A stretch of 41,130 bases of DNA from assembly GCA_964590575.1 (NCBI GenBank), contig CAZPWM010000019.1, positions 1 through 41,130 of the forward strand, written 5' to 3'. The first letter of the stretch is position 1, and each line of letters starts with the position of its first letter. The translations under genes were made by a program, and so were the position numbers. The notes under the pieces are model-generated. The model saw nothing but the letters and a program-made list of their open reading frames with translations, was not told the DNA's origin and did no database searches. This document shows, one piece after another, positions 7,946-17,477 of the stretch. Source of the DNA: an uncultured archaeon. GTDB taxonomy: Archaea > Asgardarchaeota > Thorarchaeia > Thorarchaeales > Thorarchaeaceae.

Positions 7946-10924
7946 TTGAGCCTGTTGAATAAAAGGATAGGAACCCTACTGCTACTCGCTCTTTTTATGA
8001 CGAGTAGTTTCATGGCTATAAGTCCCATCTCCGAGACTTCGGAATCAGGACACTTGGCTCAAAACATGGATTTTGGGTCAATCTTTGCTGAGTCGGTAGT
8101 GAATCTATCTATCCCCTATGTCGATGATTACTATGGAATTACAGATGGAATAATTGACCCGACTGAATATACATACACTTACACGGATCCTGTGACCGGG
8201 GTAAACGTCTATGCCGAACATAACGGTACTGTATTGTATATCGGATTAGAAGCTAGAACATCAGGTTGGATTGGATTTGCATGGCAGAACTATACTCATA
8301 CCTTCAGGAGTGCTGGTTTGAACAATAGTGACGTCGTTGTTGGATATTCTCCGGGTGTAAATCTTGGTGATTATTGGAGGGTCAACAAGACAACTGATGC
8401 TGTAACTGTGCACTATATCTTGAGTTTGAGAAACGGCACAGTAATCCAAGAGGCGGACTATCCTGACATTTCATCAGTCGAACCTCTTGAAGCAGTGTCT
8501 GCGCTTCAAATGTACAAGGACGCTATTGTCGGAATGAGAATTGGTGAAACTCGTCATTTCACGATACCTGCAGATCAAGCCTACCCACAAAAAGGTCACG
8601 AACTGTACGGAGAGGACTTGATATACGATATAGTACTAACGAGAATATACAGGAACTCTGTTGGGATAGTTGATAATCCTGCTGACCAGAGCCAAATTGT
8701 ATATAGTGACGAGTATGGGATAAGTACATTCCAGCATCGTGCTGACTCAGACCAATCAAGAATCCTACAAGCTGATGGGTCAGACAATGGCACATATACT
8801 CAACTTGAGTTTGCTATTCTGCTAAACAGTACTGACATTCATGATATTCCACTATTCAATAGCACTGATATCCAATTTCCATTTGTCTTCATGTTTGGTG
8901 ATAGCGAAGAACTAAACGGACTACCAGTAAAACATACTTACTGGGCTGAACCCGCTATGGTGAACATTGAGCCCAATGCTCCACCATCTTTGGTTATTGC
9001 TAATCCTAAAGATGATGATGTTCTAGAGTGGATTGTAAATCTGCAGGTTAACGCTACAGATGATTGGGTAAAATCTGCATCATACCGGTTTGATCAGGAA
9101 GATTGGAACATTCTAAAGTTTGACTTCACCTCGGGATTCTGGGAGGCAAACGTTGACCTCTCGGAATATGCTGAAGGCGCTCATATTATCACATTCAATG
9201 CTACTGACATTTCAAATGCGACAGCTGTGGTTAGTGTAAACGTCGTAATTGACAGACCTTACACACCGCTACTTGGAATGAAAGTGGATGTCCATCGTCT
9301 CTTGGTCCCAACTCAGCATTTCGGGTCCAGAGTAGATGATAAATATACCATAGTCAACAATGGTTCAGTCCCAATAACTTCCATTGACCTATATTTACCC
9401 GATGACTATGCATCAAACTTTCTTTCAATGAATGCAGTAGACGATGATGGTAAGGATATCCTTCTTGTTCGTCTTGGAAACTCAAATGGTATGTTACACT
9501 GGAGGCTGCATTTCAATGAACCTATCGGATTTCAAGAACAATACTCTTTCAAAACCTCGATGTACATGACCTCCTTATTCTGGTTATCGCTTCCTGATGA
9601 ATGGGAGTATCAACTTACTTTCATGAAATATCCATATCTCCCTTATATTATTCGCAATGCAGAGTTCGCATTAGGCTTTGAACAAGGAGGCTCTTTGGTA
9701 CCAAATGAGGAAATTCCCGACTCAACAGACATTAACTTAGCCCCATTCACGTTGATCACTTTCACTTCGAAATTGCGGCTCTATAACACCCATGTTGTTT
9801 CTGACCGCACTACCAAAATCACAGTGAATGCATGGGGCTGGCTTTCCTACAGGGAAACAATAACGCTCATCAACACTGGTGCAAGCGCACTGCATACTAT
9901 TGATTTCACCATTCCTGCTTATTCAACATCAATCACTATCTTTGATGAGGTTGGTGTTCTTGCCCAGTCTCAAAGACTCATTGACTTTGGAGAGTTCAAT
10001 GAAACCAGTAACATCAGGGTTAATCTTGATGCTGATAGATTTGGTGAAGGTCTGAAATCCGGATTTGCATACACCTTCACTGTAGATTATGTCATTCAGA
10101 CAAGTAGTTACCAAGAACCTGTAGCAAACGGGAATCAGCTTGAAATACCGATGGCGGTCTTATCTGATGTCCTTGTTCAAGAACACATCATTGATGTTGT
10201 TTTGACCTTATCAGTTTCATTGGCTCAGGCAACTGATGGCTATAGGATGATCTATGGAGTCTTTGACACCACACTCAGATACACTTCGTACAACACAACT
10301 CGTCAAAATCCAATCTCCATACAACTAATCTACACAACAACACTTGGAGCAGCAGCTCGGCCTGCAATCTTCTCACTAATGATTGGAATTATCGGTCTCA
10401 TTTATGTGACTCTTAGAAAGATAGAATTACCCGAAGAAGTCAGAGGCCCTCGAGATGATGATGATGTCATTGACTCACAACCAAAACAGGTAGGTGCTCC
10501 TCCTGAACTCCTCCGAGAGTTTGCCAACCTCTATTCAAAGAAGACAGCTCTCAACATGGACATGGAGAAGCTTGATGCGTCTCGTAGAAGAGGCAAGGTG
10601 TCTAAGAGAGAGTACATGATTCGTGATCGGGACATGAAGCAACAGATCGAGGAGATTGATGACAAGCTACCCCGTCTGAGAACGGATATGATAAGTCATG
10701 GAACGAGATACCGTGATCTTGTAGGACAGCTTGAACTTCAAGACGAAAGAATCGAGGGTGCAAAGGCGGGGCTCCGACAACTTCTTCTACGCAAGAAGAA
10801 GCAGCGAATCAGTCGTGTAGCTTTTGAAAAGTCACGACAGGACTATCTTAAGACCATTCAAAAGGCTACCAGTGCAAGCGACCGCATCCTACTGTCACTA
10901 CAAGAAGAAGCTGGAGACATCTAG
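7946..10924 (+). CDS. Secreted, single-TM ribophorin-I-like protein with N-terminal DOMON domain (FKBP-like insert) and Ig-like domain
   Basis: Signal peptide; DOMON motif LYIGLEARTSGWIGFAW..SDVVVGY; FKBP-like DAIVGMRIGETRHFTIPADQAY; ribophorin-like KITVNAWGWLSYRETITLINTG; TM near 10355-10415; charged helical C-terminus. Confidence 0.75.
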   Translation: MSLLNKRIGTLLLLALFMTSSFMAISPISETSESGHLAQNMDFGSIFAESVVNLSIPYVDDYYGITDGIIDPTEYTYTYTDPVTGVNVYAEHNGTVLYIGLEARTSGWIGFAWQNYTHTFRSAGLNNSDVVVGYSPGVNLGDYWRVNKTTDAVTVHYILSLRNGTVIQEADYPDISSVEPLEAVSALQMYKDAIVGMRIGETRHFTIPADQAYPQKGHELYGEDLIYDIVLTRIYRNSVGIVDNPADQSQIVYSDEYGISTFQHRADSDQSRILQADGSDNGTYTQLEFAILLNSTDIHDIPLFNSTDIQFPFVFMFGDSEELNGLPVKHTYWAEPAMVNIEPNAPPSLVIANPKDDDVLEWIVNLQVNATDDWVKSASYRFDQEDWNILKFDFTSGFWEANVDLSEYAEGAHIITFNATDISNATAVVSVNVVIDRPYTPLLGMKVDVHRLLVPTQHFGSRVDDKYTIVNNGSVPITSIDLYLPDDYASNFLSMNAVDDDGKDILLVRLGNSNGMLHWRLHFNEPIGFQEQYSFKTSMYMTSLFWLSLPDEWEYQLTFMKYPYLPYIIRNAEFALGFEQGGSLVPNEEIPDSTDINLAPFTLITFTSKLRLYNTHVVSDRTTKITVNAWGWLSYRETITLINTGASALHTIDFTIPAYSTSITIFDEVGVLAQSQRLIDFGEFNETSNIRVNLDADRFGEGLKSGFAYTFTVDYVIQTSSYQEPVANGNQLEIPMAVLSDVLVQEHIIDVVLTLSVSLAQATDGYRMIYGVFDTTLRYTSYNTTRQNPISIQLIYTTTLGAAARPAIFSLMIGIIGLIYVTLRKIELPEEVRGPRDDDDVIDSQPKQVGAPPELLREFANLYSKKTALNMDMEKLDASRRRGKVSKREYMIRDRDMKQQIEEIDDKLPRLRTDMISHGTRYRDLVGQLELQDERIEGAKAGLRQLLLRKKKQRISRVAFEKSRQDYLKTIQKATSASDRILLSLQEEAGDI

Positions 10925-11045
10925 GTGGATTAAGTCTGCCTAGTATTTTCCATCATGAAACGAGTGCGTCGCTTATAATGTCCCAGAAAGCAACTCTTAT
11001 CAAACAAGATGTAGCCTAAAATTGCCCCAATGTAGGTAGTTTGTA

Positions 11046-11900
11046 ATGAATACAAGTGAATCTATTGAAAGAGCGAATCTACGTGCACGAGATTTACTAA
11101 AAGGAGAATCACGTGCGCTCGAGATGTATCAATATCTAACCGGTTCTCCCAAAGTCCAGTCTTACCTTCGTACAGCAAATCGAATGGCCGTGTCCAGACT
11201 GGGTTATACAGATCATGGTCCAGTCCATGCAGAAGTGGCGACTTGGAACGCGTTGAAGATTTTTGACATTCTTGAGAAAACGTTCCGACCAAATGTTGTT
11301 GCGGAAGGAATTGGTGACATAGACGATGCGCGTCTTATAGTTCTTGCATCAACTTACCTCCATGATATCGGGATGGTTGTGCATAGGAATGAACATCCTC
11401 AAGCGTCAATCAACTTGGCAAGTCCAATTCTCGAGGAAAAGCTCATGGACATCTATAATGATCCTGCAGAAGCCACTGATATTTTCTCCTTCATTCTTCA
11501 TGGAATCTACGCTCATGATGATGATACGCAATGTCTGACCCTTGAGGCTGGGATTACAAAGCTTGGTGATGGATGTGACTTGACCAAGGGTCGTACGAAG
11601 GTTCCATTTCAGAAAGGCAAAGTCGACATCCATAGTGTGAGTGCGATGGCAATTAACAATGTCATTCTAGAACGAGGGGAAACGAAACCATTGAAAATTA
11701 CAGTTGCGATGGATAATCCTGCAGGTGTTTTTCAAGTAGAAGCAGTCCTAGAGAAGAAAATCTCAACATCAGGTTTAGGCGACCACATCGAGATTGGTGT
11801 TCTTGTGAATGGCGACAATCTTGTCCTCTCCCATGTGAAGAGGTTATTCCGTGTCCAGATGGCTGACTCAAGTGAAGGACTTAGTCCCAAAGAGAAATAG
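11046..11900 (+). CDS. HD-domain metal-dependent phosphohydrolase
   Basis: DHGPVH, YLHDIG, AH and GDGCD motifs. Confidence 0.9.
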   Translation: MNTSESIERANLRARDLLKGESRALEMYQYLTGSPKVQSYLRTANRMAVSRLGYTDHGPVHAEVATWNALKIFDILEKTFRPNVVAEGIGDIDDARLIVLASTYLHDIGMVVHRNEHPQASINLASPILEEKLMDIYNDPAEATDIFSFILHGIYAHDDDTQCLTLEAGITKLGDGCDLTKGRTKVPFQKGKVDIHSVSAMAINNVILERGETKPLKITVAMDNPAGVFQVEAVLEKKISTSGLGDHIEIGVLVNGDNLVLSHVKRLFRVQMADSSEGLSPKEK

Positions 11901-11906
11901 TAGTAG

Positions 11907-12061
11907 CCGTTCCCCGAAACCTAGACAATCTTGGACATCGAGTCCGAGATGATGTTCGGTTCCTGCTTCATCAAGGCTGCTCTCTGTAGATTTATTGAAT
12001 CTGTTAAGAGTCTTACCTCCTTTCCACAGGCGTTTTCAATCTCCGGCAAACTGATGGCGAC
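11907..12061 (-). ncRNA. TnpB omegaRNA scaffold overlapping the tnpB 3' end; element right end ...GGGGAACGG, guide would begin CTACTACTATTTCTC
   Basis: Expected position for omegaRNA; boundaries defined by similarity to the second copy at 28476-28631. Confidence 0.75.
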
Positions 12062-13150
12062 TAGATTCAGTGCAGCGTTGAGATCCCTATCAATCACTAA
12101 TCCGCACTCTTCACAATGATACTTCCTCTCTGAGAGGGACAACTCCTTCTTTCTGTGCCCACACTGTGAACACATTTTGGAAGATGGAAATGTTCGCGAG
12201 GCAATGACAAGCTCAGAACCATACCACAGGCACTTGTACTCCAGCTGTTTCCTGAACTCGTAGAATCCTACATCAGCTATTACTCTTGCAAGCCTTCGGT
12301 TCTTCATCATTCCTGACACAAGTAAGTCTTCAATCACCACCTTACTGTGGCTCTTGGCAAGGTGGGTTGTCAACTTGTGCAGTGTGTCCTGTCGGATGTT
12401 GAAGACCCTTAGGTACATCTTTGCAAGTCGTAACTTAGCCTTCTCTCGATTCTTGCTCCCCTTCTTCTTTCGTGATAAAGATCTATGTAGCTTTTTCAAT
12501 TTCCTCAGTCGTCTTCCAAGAGCCCGTGGATTTGCATACTGAGTACCATCACTTAGTGTGGCCAAGGTCTTAACTCCCAAATCCACTCCTACGGGCTCTC
12601 CATTTACTGGTTGTGGGTCTAGGATGTTCTCCTCCACAGTGACCGATACGAACCATCGTTCCGCTCTCCTTCTCACTGTGGCAGAGAGTATCCTTCCCCT
12701 ATGGTAGCTCTTCTTCTTCTCCTTGACTCGGATCTTCCCAATCCGTGGAAGCTGGATTGCTCTTCCCTGGAAACGGATGGTCCCAGTCAGTCTGAAGCTG
12801 TCCCTGACTCCCCTTCTCTTGAAGCGAGGGAATCCTATCTTTTGCCCTGTCTTTAATCCACGATGGAAGTTCTGAAAGGCTCTATGGAGGTCTCTCAGGG
12901 CTTCTTGAGGTGCACACTTGGAGGTTTCGTACATCCATGGGAACTGGTGCTTCTTCAGGGAGTTGAGAATCTTATGCTGTTTCATGGCATCAGTGAACCG
13001 TTCGTCGCCCTGATTATTCCTATAACGATTGATCCGTTGTTCGAGACCCCAGTTGTAGGCAAAACGAGCTACTCCTGAATGTTGAGCAAGGTATGACCTC
13101 TGAATGTTGTTGGGATCCAGTTCATACCTGTAGGCTCTTTGGATTAACAT
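11921..13150 (-). CDS. tnpB: RNA-guided endonuclease TnpB (IS607-type, no tnpA partner)
   Basis: N-terminal AYRYELDPN..ARFAYNWGL; RuvC residues in GVDLG, VIEDL and DRDLNAA; CSQC/CEEC zinc finger. Confidence 0.95.
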   Translation of the reverse strand: MLIQRAYRYELDPNNIQRSYLAQHSGVARFAYNWGLEQRINRYRNNQGDERFTDAMKQHKILNSLKKHQFPWMYETSKCAPQEALRDLHRAFQNFHRGLKTGQKIGFPRFKRRGVRDSFRLTGTIRFQGRAIQLPRIGKIRVKEKKKSYHRGRILSATVRRRAERWFVSVTVEENILDPQPVNGEPVGVDLGVKTLATLSDGTQYANPRALGRRLRKLKKLHRSLSRKKKGSKNREKAKLRLAKMYLRVFNIRQDTLHKLTTHLAKSHSKVVIEDLLVSGMMKNRRLARVIADVGFYEFRKQLEYKCLWYGSELVIASRTFPSSKMCSQCGHRKKELSLSERKYHCEECGLVIDRDLNAALNLVAISLPEIENACGKEVRLLTDSINLQRAALMKQEPNIISDSMSKIV

Positions 13151-13199
13151 TCAGGTTCGGAATATGGTCCTGCTAGGAACTTTTAAGCTCATAATAAGG

Positions 13200-13275
13200 T
13201 GGTAGCCCCGGGAAGATTTGAACTTCCGTCAGCGAGGCCAAAACCCGCTATGCTGGACCGCTACACCACGGGGCT
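13200..13275 (-). tRNA. tRNA-Gln(TTG), intronless, CCA encoded
   Basis: Cloverleaf AGCCCCG...CGGGGCT-A-CCA; anticodon arm GCGGG-TTTTGGC-CTCGC; GTTCAAATC T-loop. Confidence 0.95.
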
Positions 13276-13298
13276 ATCGTGTAATACTCCTGCTGAGG

Positions 13299-13628
13299 TC
13301 AGTCTTTAGACACCAAACTGAAAGGAATTCCTCTCTCGATTATATCCGAAGATATTCGCTCCTTCCATCTCTCGAGAAATGCTGTTTCCTCTATCCGTTG
13401 TTTGCCATCCATCCTGAGATTATCAGGGAGCATGCATGCTATCCCGTCTATGACCGGATACCATCTGCCACATTTTGGACATGTTATTAACGCTTCGTCG
13501 ATTTCTTCGACATCCTCACCATTGGTCTCTAGATTGTGTGAGGAGTAGACCTCCAAATCTAGCTTACTCCTGCAGTCGCTCATAGGACAAGCAAGGATGT
13601 CCATTAACCAACTTTTCATATCTATCAC
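13299..13628 (-). CDS. Trm112 family methyltransferase activator
   Basis: LMDILACP...LITCPKCGRWYPVIDGIACML. Confidence 0.9.
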   Translation of the reverse strand: MIDMKSWLMDILACPMSDCRSKLDLEVYSSHNLETNGEDVEEIDEALITCPKCGRWYPVIDGIACMLPDNLRMDGKQRIEETAFLERWKERISSDIIERGIPFSLVSKD

Positions 13629-13761
13629 ATCTGTGGTTGGCGTCGAATAATCGATTGTCGTTAAAAATCATTCTAGCAATCACCCTTATGGATGTCAACC
13701 CGAAAGGCTATTTGGGAGACAAGCTGCGCCTCAACTAACCCGTTGGTCAGAGGAACCTGTA

Positions 13762-15168
13762 ATGGAATATAAGCATCCCTGGATACCTATGACGAAGGCA
13801 ACCGAGAAAGACATGCTAGAGTCTATCGGTAAGAAAAGCCTTGATGATTTGTTCTCAAACATACCTGAGATATTCAAACTACAACGTGACCTAGATATTC
13901 CTCATTCTCATAGTGAGATTGAAGTTACGCGAAGGATACAGGACTTGGCAGGAAAGAACAAACCCGCTGACACTGGAAGAGTCTTTCTTGGTGCTGGAAT
14001 TGGCATGCACTATGTTCCAGCGATTGTTCCCGCACTAGCAGGCAGGTCCGAGTTTCTCACATCATATACAAGTTATCAAGCTGAGGTCAGTCAGGGCATG
14101 CTCCAGACGCTTTTTGAGTACCAGAGCCTTCTGGCTGAGATCCTAGAGATTGATGTTGTAAATTCATCAATGTATGATATGGCAACCGCAGTGGCTGAAG
14201 CTGCAAGGATGACGGTCCGTGTTAAGAAAGGAAGGTTTCGATTTCTAGTTCCGGGAACAATGAACCCCGAACATTACAAAGTCATCTACACCTATACAGA
14301 GCCTGCTGATATCGAACTAGAGCGAATAGAGTATGATGAAAGGACTGGTTTAATGTCGCTCGCTGATCTTGAATCCAAAATTGATAATCAAGTGGCAGGT
14401 GTCTATGTTGAAAACCCGAGCTATCTTGGATTCATCGAATCTCAAGTGGATGAGATTAGCAAGATTGTCCACAATAATGACGCTCTACTTGTGGCTGGGG
14501 TTGATGTTCTCTCTCTCGGACTCATTCGACCTCCTGGTAATTATAGTGCAGATATTGTGGTAGCAGAAGGCCAACACCTCGGTTCCCCAATGACATTTGG
14601 TGGACCTTTGCTTGGTATTTTTGGCTGCGTAAATGATCGGAAACTCATTTACCAGATGCCTGGTCGTTTGGTCGGAATGACGAGGACAGAAGAAGAGCCC
14701 TATGAAGATGGATATGTTTTGACATTGAGTCCGAGAGAACAGCACATTCGACGAGAGAAAGCCACTAGCAACATCTGTTCCAACCAAGCACTTGCTGCAG
14801 TGACTGCTGCAATTTACATATCACTTCTCGGTCCAACAGGACTGAAACAAGTCGGTGAGACCATTGCCTACAACGCCAACTATACGGCAAAAATGCTTGA
14901 CAAGATTCCTGGAGTCAAGGCACCTGCTATCGGGCAATCCATCTGGAAGGAGTTTGTTGTACAGTTTGAACAAGGAGTCACTACGAGGGATGTACATGAT
15001 GCCCTTCTTGAACGAGGTCTACATGGTGGAAGGATCCTCGCCGATGAGTTTCCCACACTTGGAGAATCAATGTTGTACTGTGTGACTGAGGTCCACAGTA
15101 AAGAAGTCATTGATGAGATGATACAAGCAGTGAGAAATATTGTGTCTCAGGGAGGTGTCACAAAATGA
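13762..15168 (+). CDS. gcvPA: Glycine dehydrogenase (decarboxylating) subunit 1
   Basis: SYTSYQAEVSQG, PGRLVG and REQHIRREKATSNICSNQ motifs. Confidence 0.96.
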   Translation: MEYKHPWIPMTKATEKDMLESIGKKSLDDLFSNIPEIFKLQRDLDIPHSHSEIEVTRRIQDLAGKNKPADTGRVFLGAGIGMHYVPAIVPALAGRSEFLTSYTSYQAEVSQGMLQTLFEYQSLLAEILEIDVVNSSMYDMATAVAEAARMTVRVKKGRFRFLVPGTMNPEHYKVIYTYTEPADIELERIEYDERTGLMSLADLESKIDNQVAGVYVENPSYLGFIESQVDEISKIVHNNDALLVAGVDVLSLGLIRPPGNYSADIVVAEGQHLGSPMTFGGPLLGIFGCVNDRKLIYQMPGRLVGMTRTEEEPYEDGYVLTLSPREQHIRREKATSNICSNQALAAVTAAIYISLLGPTGLKQVGETIAYNANYTAKMLDKIPGVKAPAIGQSIWKEFVVQFEQGVTTRDVHDALLERGLHGGRILADEFPTLGESMLYCVTEVHSKEVIDEMIQAVRNIVSQGGVTK

Positions 15169-16730
15169 AGCATCGTAACCTTGATGGCACTAAGACACGT
15201 CAAGCAAAATGGGAGGAACCATTACTCTTTGAGAGATCTGACCCCGGAGTTATAGGACATATCTTTCCAATCACTGAACCTGATGTGGAGAAGGTAGTTG
15301 GGAAACTTGAAGACATCATCCCCAGTAATATGACTCGAAAGGAACTACCAAGGATACCTGAGGTTTCAGAACCTGGAGTAGCTCGTCACTTTACCAGACT
15401 CTCACAGATGAATTTCGCAGTGAATCTTGGCATATACCCACTAGGCAGTTGTACAATGAAATACAATCCTGCTGAAAATAACTGGGCTGCTAATACTCCT
15501 GGATTTGCTTGGTTACATCCATTACAAGACCCCACAATGACCCAAGGCGCTCTAGAGCTGATGTGGGAGTTAGAAGGCTGGCTCGGTGAAATTACCGGTA
15601 TGGATGCAGTCACACTTCAACCAGCTGCTGGTGCTCATGGTGAGTGGACTGGAGTCATGATGATGCGAGAGTATCATCGTTGCTTCACTGAGAATTGTGA
15701 ACAGAGGACTGAGATGTTAATCCCGGATGCAGCGCATGGTACCAATCCTGCATCAGCTGCTATGGCTGGATACAAAGTGGTTGTAATCCCCTCCAGTAAG
15801 GAAGGCCTGGTGGATCTAGATGCTCTGAAAGAAGCTGTTGGTCCTAGAACAGCTGGTTTGATGCTGACCAATCCTAACACAATTGGTGTGTTTGAGAAAG
15901 ACATTGGGGAGATGGCTGACATTATACATGATGCCGGTGGATTGGTCTACTATGATGGTGCAAACTTCAATGCTATTATGGGCAAGGTAAGACCTGGTGA
16001 CATGGGTTTTGATGTGGTCCACCTGAACTTACACAAGACATTCTCAACACCTCATGGTGGAGGTGGGCCTGGTGCGGGACCTGTCGGTGTTACCGAGAAA
16101 TTGAAAGATTTCCTGCCAGTCCCACGTGTAGTCAAGAAGGATGATGGCAGTTATGACCTAGACTATGATTATCCAAAGTCTATTGGAAAAGTCAAGAGTT
16201 TCTATGGGAACTTTGGCGTACTCGTTCGAGCCTACTCCTATATCTACGCACTTGGGGCAGAAGGTCTCGAACGTGCATCAGAGATAGCTGTGCTAAACGC
16301 AAACTATGTAGCACATCACGTGAGCAAGATTCCTGGATTTACATTGCCATACTCTAAGAATGCCCCTAGAATGCATGAGTGCGTCATCTCTGCAGAAGAG
16401 TTGAAGAAAAAAACAGAGGTCACTGCTATGAACGTGGCAAAGCGTCTGTTGGACTTTGGTGTGCATGCTCCTACCGTATATTTTCCCCTTATTGTTCCTG
16501 AAGCCCTGATGATTGAACCTACAGAAACAGAATCACGCCAAGACCTCGATTACTTCATATCAGTGCTTGAAAGAATTTCGAAAGAGGCTCATGAAGACCC
16601 TGAAAAGGTGAAAAATGCCCCATATTCTACATCCGTCGGTCTTTTGGATGAATACAGGGCGGCCCATCCGAAGACTCTGACACTCTCTTACAGGATGTAT
16701 AAAGAGCACCAACAAAATGAGAACGATTAG
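15165..16730 (+). CDS. gcvPB: Glycine dehydrogenase (decarboxylating) subunit 2
   Basis: PLGSCTMKYNP, AHGTNPASA and PLP lysine motif HLNLHKTFSTPHGGGGPG. Confidence 0.97.
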   Translation: MKHRNLDGTKTRQAKWEEPLLFERSDPGVIGHIFPITEPDVEKVVGKLEDIIPSNMTRKELPRIPEVSEPGVARHFTRLSQMNFAVNLGIYPLGSCTMKYNPAENNWAANTPGFAWLHPLQDPTMTQGALELMWELEGWLGEITGMDAVTLQPAAGAHGEWTGVMMMREYHRCFTENCEQRTEMLIPDAAHGTNPASAAMAGYKVVVIPSSKEGLVDLDALKEAVGPRTAGLMLTNPNTIGVFEKDIGEMADIIHDAGGLVYYDGANFNAIMGKVRPGDMGFDVVHLNLHKTFSTPHGGGGPGAGPVGVTEKLKDFLPVPRVVKKDDGSYDLDYDYPKSIGKVKSFYGNFGVLVRAYSYIYALGAEGLERASEIAVLNANYVAHHVSKIPGFTLPYSKNAPRMHECVISAEELKKKTEVTAMNVAKRLLDFGVHAPTVYFPLIVPEALMIEPTETESRQDLDYFISVLERISKEAHEDPEKVKNAPYSTSVGLLDEYRAAHPKTLTLSYRMYKEHQQNEND

Positions 16731-16786
16731 AAGCGCATCTTGACTCACCGAAAGTGTTAGAGGCAATTTGAGCTATCATAAAACTG

Positions 16787-17158
16787 ATGATAATCGAGAA
16801 AAAAGCTGGTCGGCACACCATTTACCTTGAATCAAAAAAGATTGGAAATGATCTTCTAGTTGCGATATATGGTGGTGATGCACACCATATTGGTGGTGTA
16901 GCTATAGCATATCCCTCAGAGAGTCACTATAGAAAAGCAACAACTGTCAGTGTGAGCACGCTCACCCTACCAGGTCACAAGGACTATATCGTGGCAAACA
17001 CAGCTGCAGAGAAAATCTGCAAGGTTCTTGAGGTGCCAACTGTTGTCACCGTCGGTATTCACTATGATAACGCTAGTAGCAAGGATATTGAAGAAATCAT
17101 TTCGGTAGTGAACATTCTTGTGGATGCAATTATCGAGCACTATCAAAAGGCTGAATAG
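16787..17158 (+). CDS. LpdD-like / proteasome assembly chaperone 4-like small protein
   Basis: GNDLLVAIYGG..HIGGVA, LPGHKD and GIHYDNA motifs recalled as typical of this family. Confidence 0.6.
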   Translation: MIIEKKAGRHTIYLESKKIGNDLLVAIYGGDAHHIGGVAIAYPSESHYRKATTVSVSTLTLPGHKDYIVANTAAEKICKVLEVPTVVTVGIHYDNASSKDIEEIISVVNILVDAIIEHYQKAE

Positions 17159-17190
17159 TACTCCATCTTTCAACAACATTGGTTAAATAA

Positions 17191-17472
17191 TTGAAAGTCC
17201 AGTTCAAGTCTTTTGGGCCCGTGCGAAGGCTCTTGAAAGAGAAGATCATCTACGTCGAGGTTTCTGACGCCTCAACTGTTCGGCAAGTGGTCAACAAAGT
17301 TGTTGAGCTGGGAGGAACGGAGCTTAGGAAGTTAATAATGTTCGATGACAAAATCAGCGGAAATCTGATTGTGATGCTAAACAAGAAAGACGTTGAAACA
17401 TTGGGTGGTATTGATATAGTCGTTCATGATGGTGATGAGATTGCAATTCTTCCTCATGTCCAAGGCGGTTAG
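17191..17472 (+). CDS. MoaD/ThiS family ubiquitin-like small archaeal modifier (SAMP)
   Basis: 93 aa, beta-grasp pattern, ends DGDEIAILPHVQGG (di-glycine). Confidence 0.9.
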   Translation: MKVQFKSFGPVRRLLKEKIIYVEVSDASTVRQVVNKVVELGGTELRKLIMFDDKISGNLIVMLNKKDVETLGGIDIVVHDGDEIAILPHVQGG

Positions 17473-17477
17473 GTGTA

